A stretch of DNA of 64,000 nucleotides, from the IMG/VR virus record IMGVR_UViG_3300025707_000004. One strand, 5' to 3'. Both the position numbers and the translations under genes were made by a program. The notes under the pieces are model-generated. The model was given only the letters and a program-made list of their open reading frames with translations. It did not search any database and was not told where the DNA came from. Shown piece by piece: positions 55,779-63,478 of the stretch. This DNA comes from a virus. The stretch's first letter is position 1. Each line of letters starts with the position of its first letter.

Positions 55779-57361
55779 GCCGTTGCCTCCTTGGTGGTCT
55801 TCTTCTTGGTGGTCTTCTTCTTGGTGGTCTTCTTCGGAGGCACCGCCGTGACCTCCCCCGTCTCCGCGTCAACAACCTCCTGCAGCTCCAGCGGGGGCTC
55901 CGGCTCGGGCGTCGGAGGCTGAGTGGCCACCTCACCCCGAGGCGCCCCAAGCTCGGCCCAGCCCTCCGCTTCGAGGCTGTCCGGGACGATGGCAACGAGG
56001 CCGTACTCGTTGTCCTTGAGTTGGTCTAGGGCCTTCTTCCCACCAACACCCATCCAGATGCTGATGGTCGTCTGCCCCGCGCGGACGCGGAGGTTCTTGG
56101 AGAGGCAGCCGGTGGCCATGTACTCCGGCGGGCGCTTCTCCCACATGATGCCGATGGGCCTCGCTTTCCAGAAGCCGCCGGCCATGTTCGCCTCGGTCCC
56201 GTCCATCGCCTTGTCCACATCGTGGAGCACGCGCCGACCGTGGACGGACGCCCCCGCCATCCACCAGCCGCTCGCGTCGTCGTAGGTGCACTGCACCCGC
56301 TTGTACTCGCTGGCGACGATGATCTCGAACTCGGAGTCGGTCTGAGACCAGCTGAGGACTGACCCGCGCTCCTTGGCCTGCTTGCAGAAGGCATCGAGCA
56401 GGTGCCACTCGTCGACACTGTTGGCCGCGAGGCTGGTTTCCTTGACGGCTTTCTCCAGCCCCTCCAGGTCCGAGGGCTTGAGGAAGCCTTCGTAGTAGAG
56501 GACGTGGGCCATGTAGGGCAGAGTTTCCCGAAGGTCGATGGCCGACTTGCTGCGCGCGTTCGCAGACCAGCTCAGCAGGACCGCGAGGTCTGCGGGGAGG
56601 TGACGCTGGGAAGGACCACTACTCCCGCCGTGCCGAGCCCGATGTGCTGCCACCAGCCCGTTCATCGACTGGGGCCAGTAGCTGCTGTCGTCATCGTCTG
56701 TGAGCCCGAGCCGCCGCGCCGTGGCGTGGTTGTAGGCGGGACGAGCCCCAGGGGTCCCGTGGTTCTTCTGCTTGTAGACCGTCACGGGGGCAGTCCCGTA
56801 GCTGGCCTGCTCCTCCAGGGTGATTTGCGCCCAGCTGAGTTCCGACGACACGTCCACGTCGATGGAAAATTCGAGCTTCTCCCCGACCGTGAAGTTCAGC
56901 CCCATGTAGAAGATATCCAGGCGGAGGTAGTAGTCCGCCTTCAGGATGGGCTTGCCGGCGAAGTACTTCGCCGCCACCTTCTTGTTCAGCACGAGGCTGT
57001 ACTGGATGTCCCACTCCAGCTTCTTGGCGGTCGCGATGTCAGTGCCGCTGAAGAAGCACTCCATGACGTCGTGGCTGTGGCCCCACACGACGAGCCGCTC
57101 CATGGTGTACCCGGCGGACTCGCACAGAGCCATCACGTCCTTCGTGTCGAAGATCGTGCTGACCCGGGTGTTTTCCTGCTTCGGGACGATGATGTCCACG
57201 ATGAGCCGGGCATCGTTGGGCGCGCAGACGCATGCCCAACTGCATTCACCGTTGGAGGTGCGGACCAGCTGCATCATCCGATCCATGACCTGCTGCTTGA
57301 ATCGGAGGGGAGGCAGGGTGAACTTCAATTCGGCCGCTGTCGCGGTTTTGGTTCCGCTCAT
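55775..57361 (-). CDS. JAB/JAMM metallopeptidase (deubiquitinase-like) with long C-terminal extension
   Basis: NGECSW...VWGHSHDVMECFFSGTD matches E...HxH-x7-S-x2-D. Lys/Thr-rich tail. Confidence 0.82.
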   Translation of the reverse strand: MSGTKTATAAELKFTLPPLRFKQQVMDRMMQLVRTSNGECSWACVCAPNDARLIVDIIVPKQENTRVSTIFDTKDVMALCESAGYTMERLVVWGHSHDVMECFFSGTDIATAKKLEWDIQYSLVLNKKVAAKYFAGKPILKADYYLRLDIFYMGLNFTVGEKLEFSIDVDVSSELSWAQITLEEQASYGTAPVTVYKQKNHGTPGARPAYNHATARRLGLTDDDDSSYWPQSMNGLVAAHRARHGGSSGPSQRHLPADLAVLLSWSANARSKSAIDLRETLPYMAHVLYYEGFLKPSDLEGLEKAVKETSLAANSVDEWHLLDAFCKQAKERGSVLSWSQTDSEFEIIVASEYKRVQCTYDDASGWWMAGASVHGRRVLHDVDKAMDGTEANMAGGFWKARPIGIMWEKRPPEYMATGCLSKNLRVRAGQTTISIWMGVGGKKALDQLKDNEYGLVAIVPDSLEAEGWAELGAPRGEVATQPPTPEPEPPLELQEVVDAETGEVTAVPPKKTTKKKTTKKKTTKEATA

Positions 57362-58598
57362 AACGCGTCTTGAGCCTTTCGAGTAGGCCGCCCAGATTCT
57401 GGGTCAGCTGGAGATTCGTGTCGGCCGACCCGAGGAGGTCGGGAAAGATGGGCTGCCCGCAGATGCCTTTGGCGTCTGGAAACGGGTTGCCCTGTCGTTT
57501 GGCTTCGGTTCGGAGGCAGTTGGTGTGCGCCACTGTGGGGGTCTGCCCGGGTTTGGGAGAAGGGAGTGTGTCTGCGCAGACAAAACAGCGCGGTGTGCGG
57601 CAAGCGTTCGCGGTGTGTGGCGCCCCACGACCACAGGGACATTCGTCCTCGTCCGTGTGGCAGTCCGTCCAGTTGCTCAGCGCAAGGTACGGGTCCGCGT
57701 GGTTGTAGTGACTGAGTAGGTGGCAGACCAGGATGGCCGCGTCCAACCACCGCCCGTCAGACATGTGGTCTAGCAGCTCTGACGAGCCGGTGCTTCCACA
57801 GCAGAGGCTGCCCCCGCTGTTCGCATGTGGCATGAAGTAGTCCATACCGGCGGTCAGAAGGTCGACGGGCTCGTCAATAAAGGGAGTGATGTACGCCCCC
57901 GCGTGCCGAGAGACATTCCCCTGGTTCAGTCGGATGCGCACGGAGAGCCGGGGGAAGTAGGTATCAATGGGCCACGTACCATCCTCCGAAGTTTCCGCCC
58001 AGGTGCGTGTGATGCGCTTGGTGCGGAAGGACACTTCCAGGAAGGTTGGCCGGTCGATGACGGTGATTCCAGCCCGGCGGTCGATGAGGGCCAGGAAGTA
58101 TCCGACGTTCTCGTCTTCCTCGGGGTAGGGCATACCCGCTTCGATGCGGGTCTTGAGGGCACCCAGTCGCTTCGCAACCTTTGCTTGGTTGCTGTTGTGC
58201 CGCTGGAGCAGGTTCAGGGCGTGCCTGTGTGCCTGCTGGTTCTGTAGCAGTTGGGTATGGGCGTCACTAAGGTTGCTGGCCGCCCGCTCTCCGTCACGCT
58301 TGGCGGTCGATACGCGTTGCTGCAGGGCAAGTACGTCAGCGTCCGCAAGCGCCTTTTGTTCGAGTGCGGCTTCCTTGGCGACCTTCGCCGCCGCGATGGC
58401 TTCTTCTCCGTCGTCGGTTTTCACCATCGCGTCGGCGATAAGATTGGGAAAGGCGTCAGCTTCCGCTTGGAGGTTGACGACCATGCGGGTGAGCCCGGTG
58501 CCCGCCTTTTTGGCGGCGGTATTGTAGCGGTCAACGAGGGCCTGCACGACCTCGCGGTCAGTTGCCCCCGCATCTAAGCCAATGAGGCCGATGCGCAA
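57246..58598 (-). CDS. coiled-coil + E2/UBC-like domain + Cys/His Zn-finger protein
   Basis: AAGGAG RBS before TTG 58598. PHANSGGSLCCG...LLSHYNHADPY resembles the prokaryotic E2 active-site region. C-terminal CPCG...H...C...CFVC...HTNC...C. Confidence 0.6.
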   Translation of the reverse strand: MRIGLIGLDAGATDREVVQALVDRYNTAAKKAGTGLTRMVVNLQAEADAFPNLIADAMVKTDDGEEAIAAAKVAKEAALEQKALADADVLALQQRVSTAKRDGERAASNLSDAHTQLLQNQQAHRHALNLLQRHNSNQAKVAKRLGALKTRIEAGMPYPEEDENVGYFLALIDRRAGITVIDRPTFLEVSFRTKRITRTWAETSEDGTWPIDTYFPRLSVRIRLNQGNVSRHAGAYITPFIDEPVDLLTAGMDYFMPHANSGGSLCCGSTGSSELLDHMSDGRWLDAAILVCHLLSHYNHADPYLALSNWTDCHTDEDECPCGRGAPHTANACRTPRCFVCADTLPSPKPGQTPTVAHTNCLRTEAKRQGNPFPDAKGICGQPIFPDLLGSADTNLQLTQNLGGLLERLKTRYERNQNRDSGRIEVHPASPPIQAAGHGSDDAAGPHLQR

Positions 58599-58611
58599 AG
58601 GTATCTCCTTC

Positions 58612-58644
58612 AAATAGAAAAAGGGCGCGGTTTCCCGCGCCCTT
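58612..58644 (-). terminator. intrinsic terminator between the Ubl and E2 genes
   Basis: Perfect 10-bp stem AAGGGCGCGG/CCGCGCCCTT, GAAA loop on the - strand, and a T-rich tail. Confidence 0.8.
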
Positions 58645-58676
58645 CTAGTTACCGGTGAGGCAGCGGGAAGGGGCTC

Positions 58677-59099
58677 TTAGCAGCCGCCCTCCACCTTCTG
58701 CGACACCTGAACGCGGAACGTGCCCGCGGAGAGGGTTGTGGTGTTCGAGGCCATCGTCGAGGACATGTCCGGCCTGATGACGGAGACCTCGCGCTCGCTG
58801 ATGTTGACGTTGTTGTCCGCCAAGAGGCGGAACAGGTTCACCCCGGCTTCGGCCTCGACCTCGAACTTGCGCTTTCCGGCGCGGTCGATGATGACCCGGG
58901 ACGCGCCACCGCTGCCGCCACCGCTCGACACAGCGGCGGTCGTGGTGTTGGCCGAGGTGAAGCGCGACAGGTCCTCGATCCACGCGGAGATGCCCGTCTT
59001 GCTGGTCCAGGGCGACGCGTAGGCCGCCTTCTGGTCGCGGTCCATGGCCTTCAGAGCGGCCTTGGCGTCGGAGGGGTCGAGGTTCTTGAGGTTATCCAT
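58677..59099 (-). CDS. ubiquitin-like (beta-grasp) protein with N-terminal extra domain, ending KVEGG-C
   Basis: The C-terminal ~70 aa fit a beta-grasp pattern and end in GG plus one residue. A Gly/Ser linker joins it to a helical N-domain. First gene of the E2/JAB/E1 operon. Confidence 0.72.
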   Translation of the reverse strand: MDNLKNLDPSDAKAALKAMDRDQKAAYASPWTSKTGISAWIEDLSRFTSANTTTAAVSSGGGSGGASRVIIDRAGKRKFEVEAEAGVNLFRLLADNNVNISEREVSVIRPDMSSTMASNTTTLSAGTFRVQVSQKVEGGC

Positions 59100-59364
59100 T
59101 TTCTGAGTTCTTTCTCTGCTGCGGCTGCGGTTTCACCCTGCAAGCTGAGCATGTACGTGTACGTCGGGGGGGAAGTGTCTGTGGTTGTAAGCACGGCCGT
59201 CAATGGCGCATCTTCGTTCAGGACTTCTGCGGTGTGTACCAGTCCCCCATAGGTCAGGCGTGCAAGTCCGTCAATAGTGACCGACCTGCGGATGAGTTTC
59301 AATGTGCGACCCGGGCCAACCCCGAGAAGCGATGTGGTCTTGAAGGGAAGCAGTCGATGGGCGG

Positions 59365-59838
59365 TTACGCCGTGCATCCGGACAGCAGCTCGTTGAGAAC
59401 GAGCTTGTCGGGGTGCGTGGTCTCGAAGCCGTCTGCGAAGAAGGCTACGGTAATCCGGTCCGGCTGTAGCCAGCTGAGTACCTCGTCCATGTGCGTGGCG
59501 GGCGAGATACAGAGGATGCGCTCTCCGGGGTGAAGCGTTGCCACTTGGGCCAGCCTTGCGGCGACTGGCGTTGAGTGACCGCTCACCCGAGCGTTTCGCA
59601 AGCAGACTTCCCATCCGCGTGCGTTCAGCCTCTGTAGGAAGCTGGTCTGGGCTCCAGGGCGTATGCGAGTGGTTACGCCCCAAACAGGTTCTGTGTGGTC
59701 TGGTCCGAAGACCTTGTCTTGTGCGGCTTTTACGAGGTCGCCGTAGTCAAGTCTTGCCTGGCTGTACCGGGGCTCCAGACGTTTGATGTCCTGCCATGCG
59801 TAATAAAGCGCGCTCAGATCAACTAATGTTTTCAACAC
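59365..59838 (-). CDS. hypothetical protein
   Basis: GGAGG RBS and a GGTATAAG element 43 nt upstream. Confidence 0.55.
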   Translation of the reverse strand: MLKTLVDLSALYYAWQDIKRLEPRYSQARLDYGDLVKAAQDKVFGPDHTEPVWGVTTRIRPGAQTSFLQRLNARGWEVCLRNARVSGHSTPVAARLAQVATLHPGERILCISPATHMDEVLSWLQPDRITVAFFADGFETTHPDKLVLNELLSGCTA

Positions 59839-59880
59839 CTCCCTTTACAGAGTGGGGGTAACTCGGTCCTAACCAGCGCT

Positions 59881-60010
59881 CTTATACCGTGTAACCCCCT
59901 CTTTTTGTACTACATGATGTACACCCCGGTTCGTCGGAAACCCCCGCGGTTATTAGCCGCTAATACCAACGTGTATATCAGGGCAGATGGCGGGGGCTTA
60001 TTGGTATAAG
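59881..60010. promoter_or_regulatory. divergent promoter region: two GGTATAAG elements flanking a TATTAG-CCG-CTAATA palindrome
   Basis: 59881-59888 (-), palindrome at 59951-59965, and 60003-60010 (+). Lies at the strand switch. Confidence 0.65.
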
Positions 60011-60056
60011 CCGTTTGTACCCAGAAGGTTAGTACACCCCAGGAAAAGGGATACAG

Positions 60057-60905
60057 ATGCGTAACAAAGTTCTAGTTACTCCCGCCACGTTGGAGAGTGA
60101 CGACGCTTTCGGGCAGTTTTTCGCAATGGCGGCAGCGCTGAATGGCATCGCCGTTCCGGCGGAGGGAATCGAGGCAACCATCACTGCTCGTATGGGCGGG
60201 CAGAACGTGGATGTGCTGGAGGTGCTGAGTGCCATGGTGCTCCAGCAGGCGACGCCGGCCACCACCACACCCGACAACTCGGTCCCGGCGTTTGAGCACA
60301 CCCCGCGCCTCGACGGCGAGGGTATTGTCCCGCCCCCGGCTATCGAAGTGCCGCAGCGGACAGACCTCCCGGTGCTGATCGACCCGGACGGCCAACTGAA
60401 CGGCCCGTTGCTCATGCTCACGGCCAACCAGTACCACAGGCTGCACGAGCGCATGCGTAACCTCAGCCCCATCGTTCCGGGCGTGGAGGAACTGCGTGCC
60501 AGCGTGGTCCGCCTTGTGGAGGACCTCACTACCAAGGCGCTCCACGCAAAGCTGGCCAATCTCCGAGACCCTTTGCTGGCGATGCTGCAGCAGTTGGACA
60601 CGGGCGTCCGTATGACCGCGGGCGAATCCGTCCAGGGCCTTACACGTGGGCAGACACGTACACACCTGGAGGAAACCCTCCCAGGACTTCGGGAGCAGAT
60701 GGAGGAACAGCGCGCCAGCTATATGGAGGTGCACCGCATGTTCAGTGATGGTTTCGTCAACGCTCGCGTGGACGAGATGTTCGAGGTGCGAACGGAGACG
60801 GAGGAGGTAGTCGACCCAGACAGCGGCGACACCGTTACGAACGTGCTGAGGACCCTGTTGGCCCTCGGAGGCGCTCGTGGGGAGTCACACCATGCCGCAG
60901 AGTAG
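60057..60905 (+). CDS. hypothetical protein
   Basis: 282 aa, downstream of a GGTATAAG element. Confidence 0.65.
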   Translation: MRNKVLVTPATLESDDAFGQFFAMAAALNGIAVPAEGIEATITARMGGQNVDVLEVLSAMVLQQATPATTTPDNSVPAFEHTPRLDGEGIVPPPAIEVPQRTDLPVLIDPDGQLNGPLLMLTANQYHRLHERMRNLSPIVPGVEELRASVVRLVEDLTTKALHAKLANLRDPLLAMLQQLDTGVRMTAGESVQGLTRGQTRTHLEETLPGLREQMEEQRASYMEVHRMFSDGFVNARVDEMFEVRTETEEVVDPDSGDTVTNVLRTLLALGGARGESHHAAE

Positions 60906-61707
60906 ACAGGACCGCCGCCTCCTCGACAGCGGCGCCGTCTTCGGCGCAACGCGCTATGCGTGGGGCAACCATGTCCGTGGTGTCGTCGCCCCGGAGACGC
61001 TACGAGCGCTCTGCCTTCAGCTTGGTGACACGGTGGGGCGGGGCGTGTACGTGTACATACTCGCGCACCTGCTCTCGCGGAAGTACCCGGTACTCACCCC
61101 ACTGGTCACGCGTGTGATGCCCAACTTCCACGGGGCAGTGGATAGTCGGGCCACACAGAAGGGAAGTACGCTGATCGTCCACAGCAACCGTACGTTTCTC
61201 CCAAGTGGCCCTGAAGGCATGGTTCACCGGCAGGAGTGGGGGGTGTGTGTCCAGGTGCATGACATGTGGCGCCCGTGGGAGCTGCCGCACCACCGGAAGA
61301 TGCTGACGTCCTGGTGGGACCCGGCGACAATGTGGGTCAGGCAGGAGTATGAGATTGAAATCGACGAGGAGGAAGGGGAGTCAGAGGAAGGACTCGAAGA
61401 CGAGGATACCCCGCGCGCACGGGAGCAGCTCCGCCGCGCACGGGTGCAGCGGGTCCGGCAGGACGCCGCCGAACGACTCCAGTTCGTGAACAACAGGCTG
61501 GCTCTCGTCCCGGTGGAGGGCACTGGAACCTACGCAGACATCGCGTACGAATATATGCACTGCTTGGAGCAGGGCTTCGGGCGTGAGCGCGCGTACCTGC
61601 ATCTGATGTCGCTGCTTCGTCCGGTTCATATGGTCTCCTCGAAAACGGAGGCCCCGGAGCAGCGGCTGGCGTACTGTGCCAACACGATGAACGGCAAGTG
61701 GTGGTAA
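60892..61707 (+). CDS. hypothetical protein
   Basis: GGAG RBS before ATG 60892. Contains an acidic tract. Confidence 0.6.
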   Translation: MPQSRQDRRLLDSGAVFGATRYAWGNHVRGVVAPETLRALCLQLGDTVGRGVYVYILAHLLSRKYPVLTPLVTRVMPNFHGAVDSRATQKGSTLIVHSNRTFLPSGPEGMVHRQEWGVCVQVHDMWRPWELPHHRKMLTSWWDPATMWVRQEYEIEIDEEEGESEEGLEDEDTPRAREQLRRARVQRVRQDAAERLQFVNNRLALVPVEGTGTYADIAYEYMHCLEQGFGRERAYLHLMSLLRPVHMVSSKTEAPEQRLAYCANTMNGKWW

Positions 61708-61727
61708 CACCGCGGCCGTAAAAAGTG

Positions 61728-61757
61728 GAGGGGGCGGGGGACCCCCTCTCTTTTTAT
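61728..61757 (+). terminator. intrinsic terminator
   Basis: GAGGGGG...CCCCCTC stem followed by a T-rich tail. Confidence 0.55.
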
Positions 61758-61817
61758 CTAGCAATCTTGTACAGAATGATATACTGCTGAGGGACCGTAG
61801 GAGGAAGCCAAGCGCTT

Positions 61818-62054
61818 ATGGTTCAGGAGACGATCTGGAGGTACGAGGCGAACCGTCGCGGCAAGGCTGCGGCGGCGGAGAACAAGATTGGGCCTTATAC
61901 CGTGCTGGAGGAACAGCTCACTCGTATCCGCTTACTGCGGATTTTCGCCTGCAATGACTACGACGCGTGTTTGACATACGCCGCCAGGAAGAACTGGGAT
62001 TCGTTCACCTGTCGCGGCTGCAAGAAAGCTGAGGTACTGCGTGGCATCTCGTAA
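61818..62054 (+). CDS. small Cys-motif protein
   Basis: AGGAGG RBS. CNDYDAC...FTCRGC motif. A TGnTATACT extended -10-like sequence lies upstream. Confidence 0.65.
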   Translation: MVQETIWRYEANRRGKAAAAENKIGPYTVLEEQLTRIRLLRIFACNDYDACLTYAARKNWDSFTCRGCKKAEVLRGIS

Positions 62055-62802
62055 GAAGCCCAAGCCTGAAGAGGCTGCGGCCCCTGTGACTGTGGCCACC
62101 CTGAAGGAGCGGGCTAGAAAGGCCGAACCGGTTGTCCCGGCTGCAGCTCCGGTTGAGTCCCCGACGTCACGACCACTCTCTCCACAGATGCGAAGCACCA
62201 TCCAGGGGTACGCTCGTGATGCTGCGGCATTGGAGGCCGAGCCCGAAGATGATGGTCGCGTGGACCTGGGGGAGATTCCCGAGGAGGTCAAGAAGGCGCG
62301 GGAAGAGGAAGAGAAGGAGAAGGACACCAGCACCGTCGTGTACTCGTACACTGCGTACGACCGACCAGAGGTGCGTAAGCAGGTCGAGGCACGTTGCGAG
62401 GACCTGGGCGACTTCTCGGACCTCCTGACCAGTGGTCGGGTGATTCAGCAGGTGCCGATTCTTAGCGAGCGGCTCGATGTCGTTTATCAGTCGCTAATAG
62501 GCTCCGAGACGTGGTTCGCCCAGCGGGTGGCTATGACTCGCTACCCGCGCGGTCGTGAGGCACAGACCTGGAACGGCTACGCACGTCTCGCGCTGGCGGT
62601 CATGGCCATCAACGGTGCTGAGTACCCCCCGGCCTACAACGAGAAGAAGGAGCTGGATGAGCAACTGCTTGCCGCTCGTGTCGAGCAATTCCTGAAGTTG
62701 CCTGAGCACCTCATCAATCTGATGCTGGTCAACCTGGGTTGGTTCGATGACCGCGTCGAGCAGCTGTTCAAGGACGACTTCGACCTCCTAAAAAATGGAT
62801 AA
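62041..62802 (+). CDS. putative tail assembly chaperone (frameshift upstream ORF)
   Basis: Ends ...DLLKNG* over the slippery heptamer A AAA AAT. The LALAVMAING segment resembles tail chaperones. Confidence 0.55.
   Translation: MASRKKPKPEEAAAPVTVATLKERARKAEPVVPAAAPVESPTSRPLSPQMRSTIQGYARDAAALEAEPEDDGRVDLGEIPEEVKKAREEEEKEKDTSTVVYSYTAYDRPEVRKQVEARCEDLGDFSDLLTSGRVIQQVPILSERLDVVYQSLIGSETWFAQRVAMTRYPRGREAQTWNGYARLALAVMAINGAEYPPAYNEKKELDEQLLAARVEQFLKLPEHLINLMLVNLGWFDDRVEQLFKDDFDLLKNG
62485..62499. repeat. TATCAG-TCG-CTAATA (1-mismatch palindrome copy)
   Basis: Read directly. Inside a CDS. Confidence 0.75.
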
Positions 62803-63110
62803 GGTCTCCCTTGGGATGGCACCGGGCCAACCTCCTATTTGACACGATAGGGGAGCCCCCGGAGCCCGGCTCACTGAGGGAGGCCGCGTGTGTCGTTGTG
62901 CAGCGGTACAGGTGGGAGCAGGAGTACTACAAGACCTGCGTACTTGCCGCGGCCGGCGACAAGAGTGCGCAACAGGAGTTCTTGGGAGAGTATCGTTCCG
63001 CGTTGCTCCCCTTCTTGACAGACATTAAGAAGCAGGTTGAGGGACGGATGCAGACAGCCATGACTAGAGCGTTTGCTCAAGGGCCCATCCGAATTCGGAG
63101 GACAGAATGA
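62790..63110 (+). CDS. -1 frameshift extension of the tail assembly chaperone
   Basis: Open -1 frame from the slippery site (KKWIRSPLGWHRANLL...). No convincing start of its own. Confidence 0.55.
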   Translation, partial: KKWIRSPLGWHRANLLFDTIGEPPEPGSLREAACVVVQRYRWEQEYYKTCVLAAAGDKSAQQEFLGEYRSALLPFLTDIKKQVEGRMQTAMTRAFAQGPIRIRRTE

Positions 63111-63478
63111 GCGAAGAAGCTGGGATCTACCCCCGCGCCTTGATGGTCATCGGCGTGGGCAGGACTCGTATCTACATTGACGAGGATGGAAACCCCGACC
63201 AGACAGAGGTGGCCACACTGACGTTGATGACTGCGCCTGATGGTGAGGTCTTCGACATTCCCGTGGAGGTGGACATCGCCGAGACGGTGGACGCGGTGTT
63301 GGCGAGCTTCGCACTACCAGAGATGGAAGAGACGCCCCCAATGTCGCCCCAGGCGGCTGCGGAGGTACTGGGGGGTAACCATGCCGCGCCGCCGCAAGCT
63401 CGCCGGGAGAGAGTTCCTCAGGCAGCAGGCGCGCAGAGGACACAAAGCGACGGTTCTCCAAAGGTCCCGCAGTTCTAG
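63107..63478 (+). CDS. hypothetical protein
   Basis: GGAGG RBS and ATGA coupling to the upstream ORF. Confidence 0.65.
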   Translation: MSEEAGIYPRALMVIGVGRTRIYIDEDGNPDQTEVATLTLMTAPDGEVFDIPVEVDIAETVDAVLASFALPEMEETPPMSPQAAAEVLGGNHAAPPQARRERVPQAAGAQRTQSDGSPKVPQF

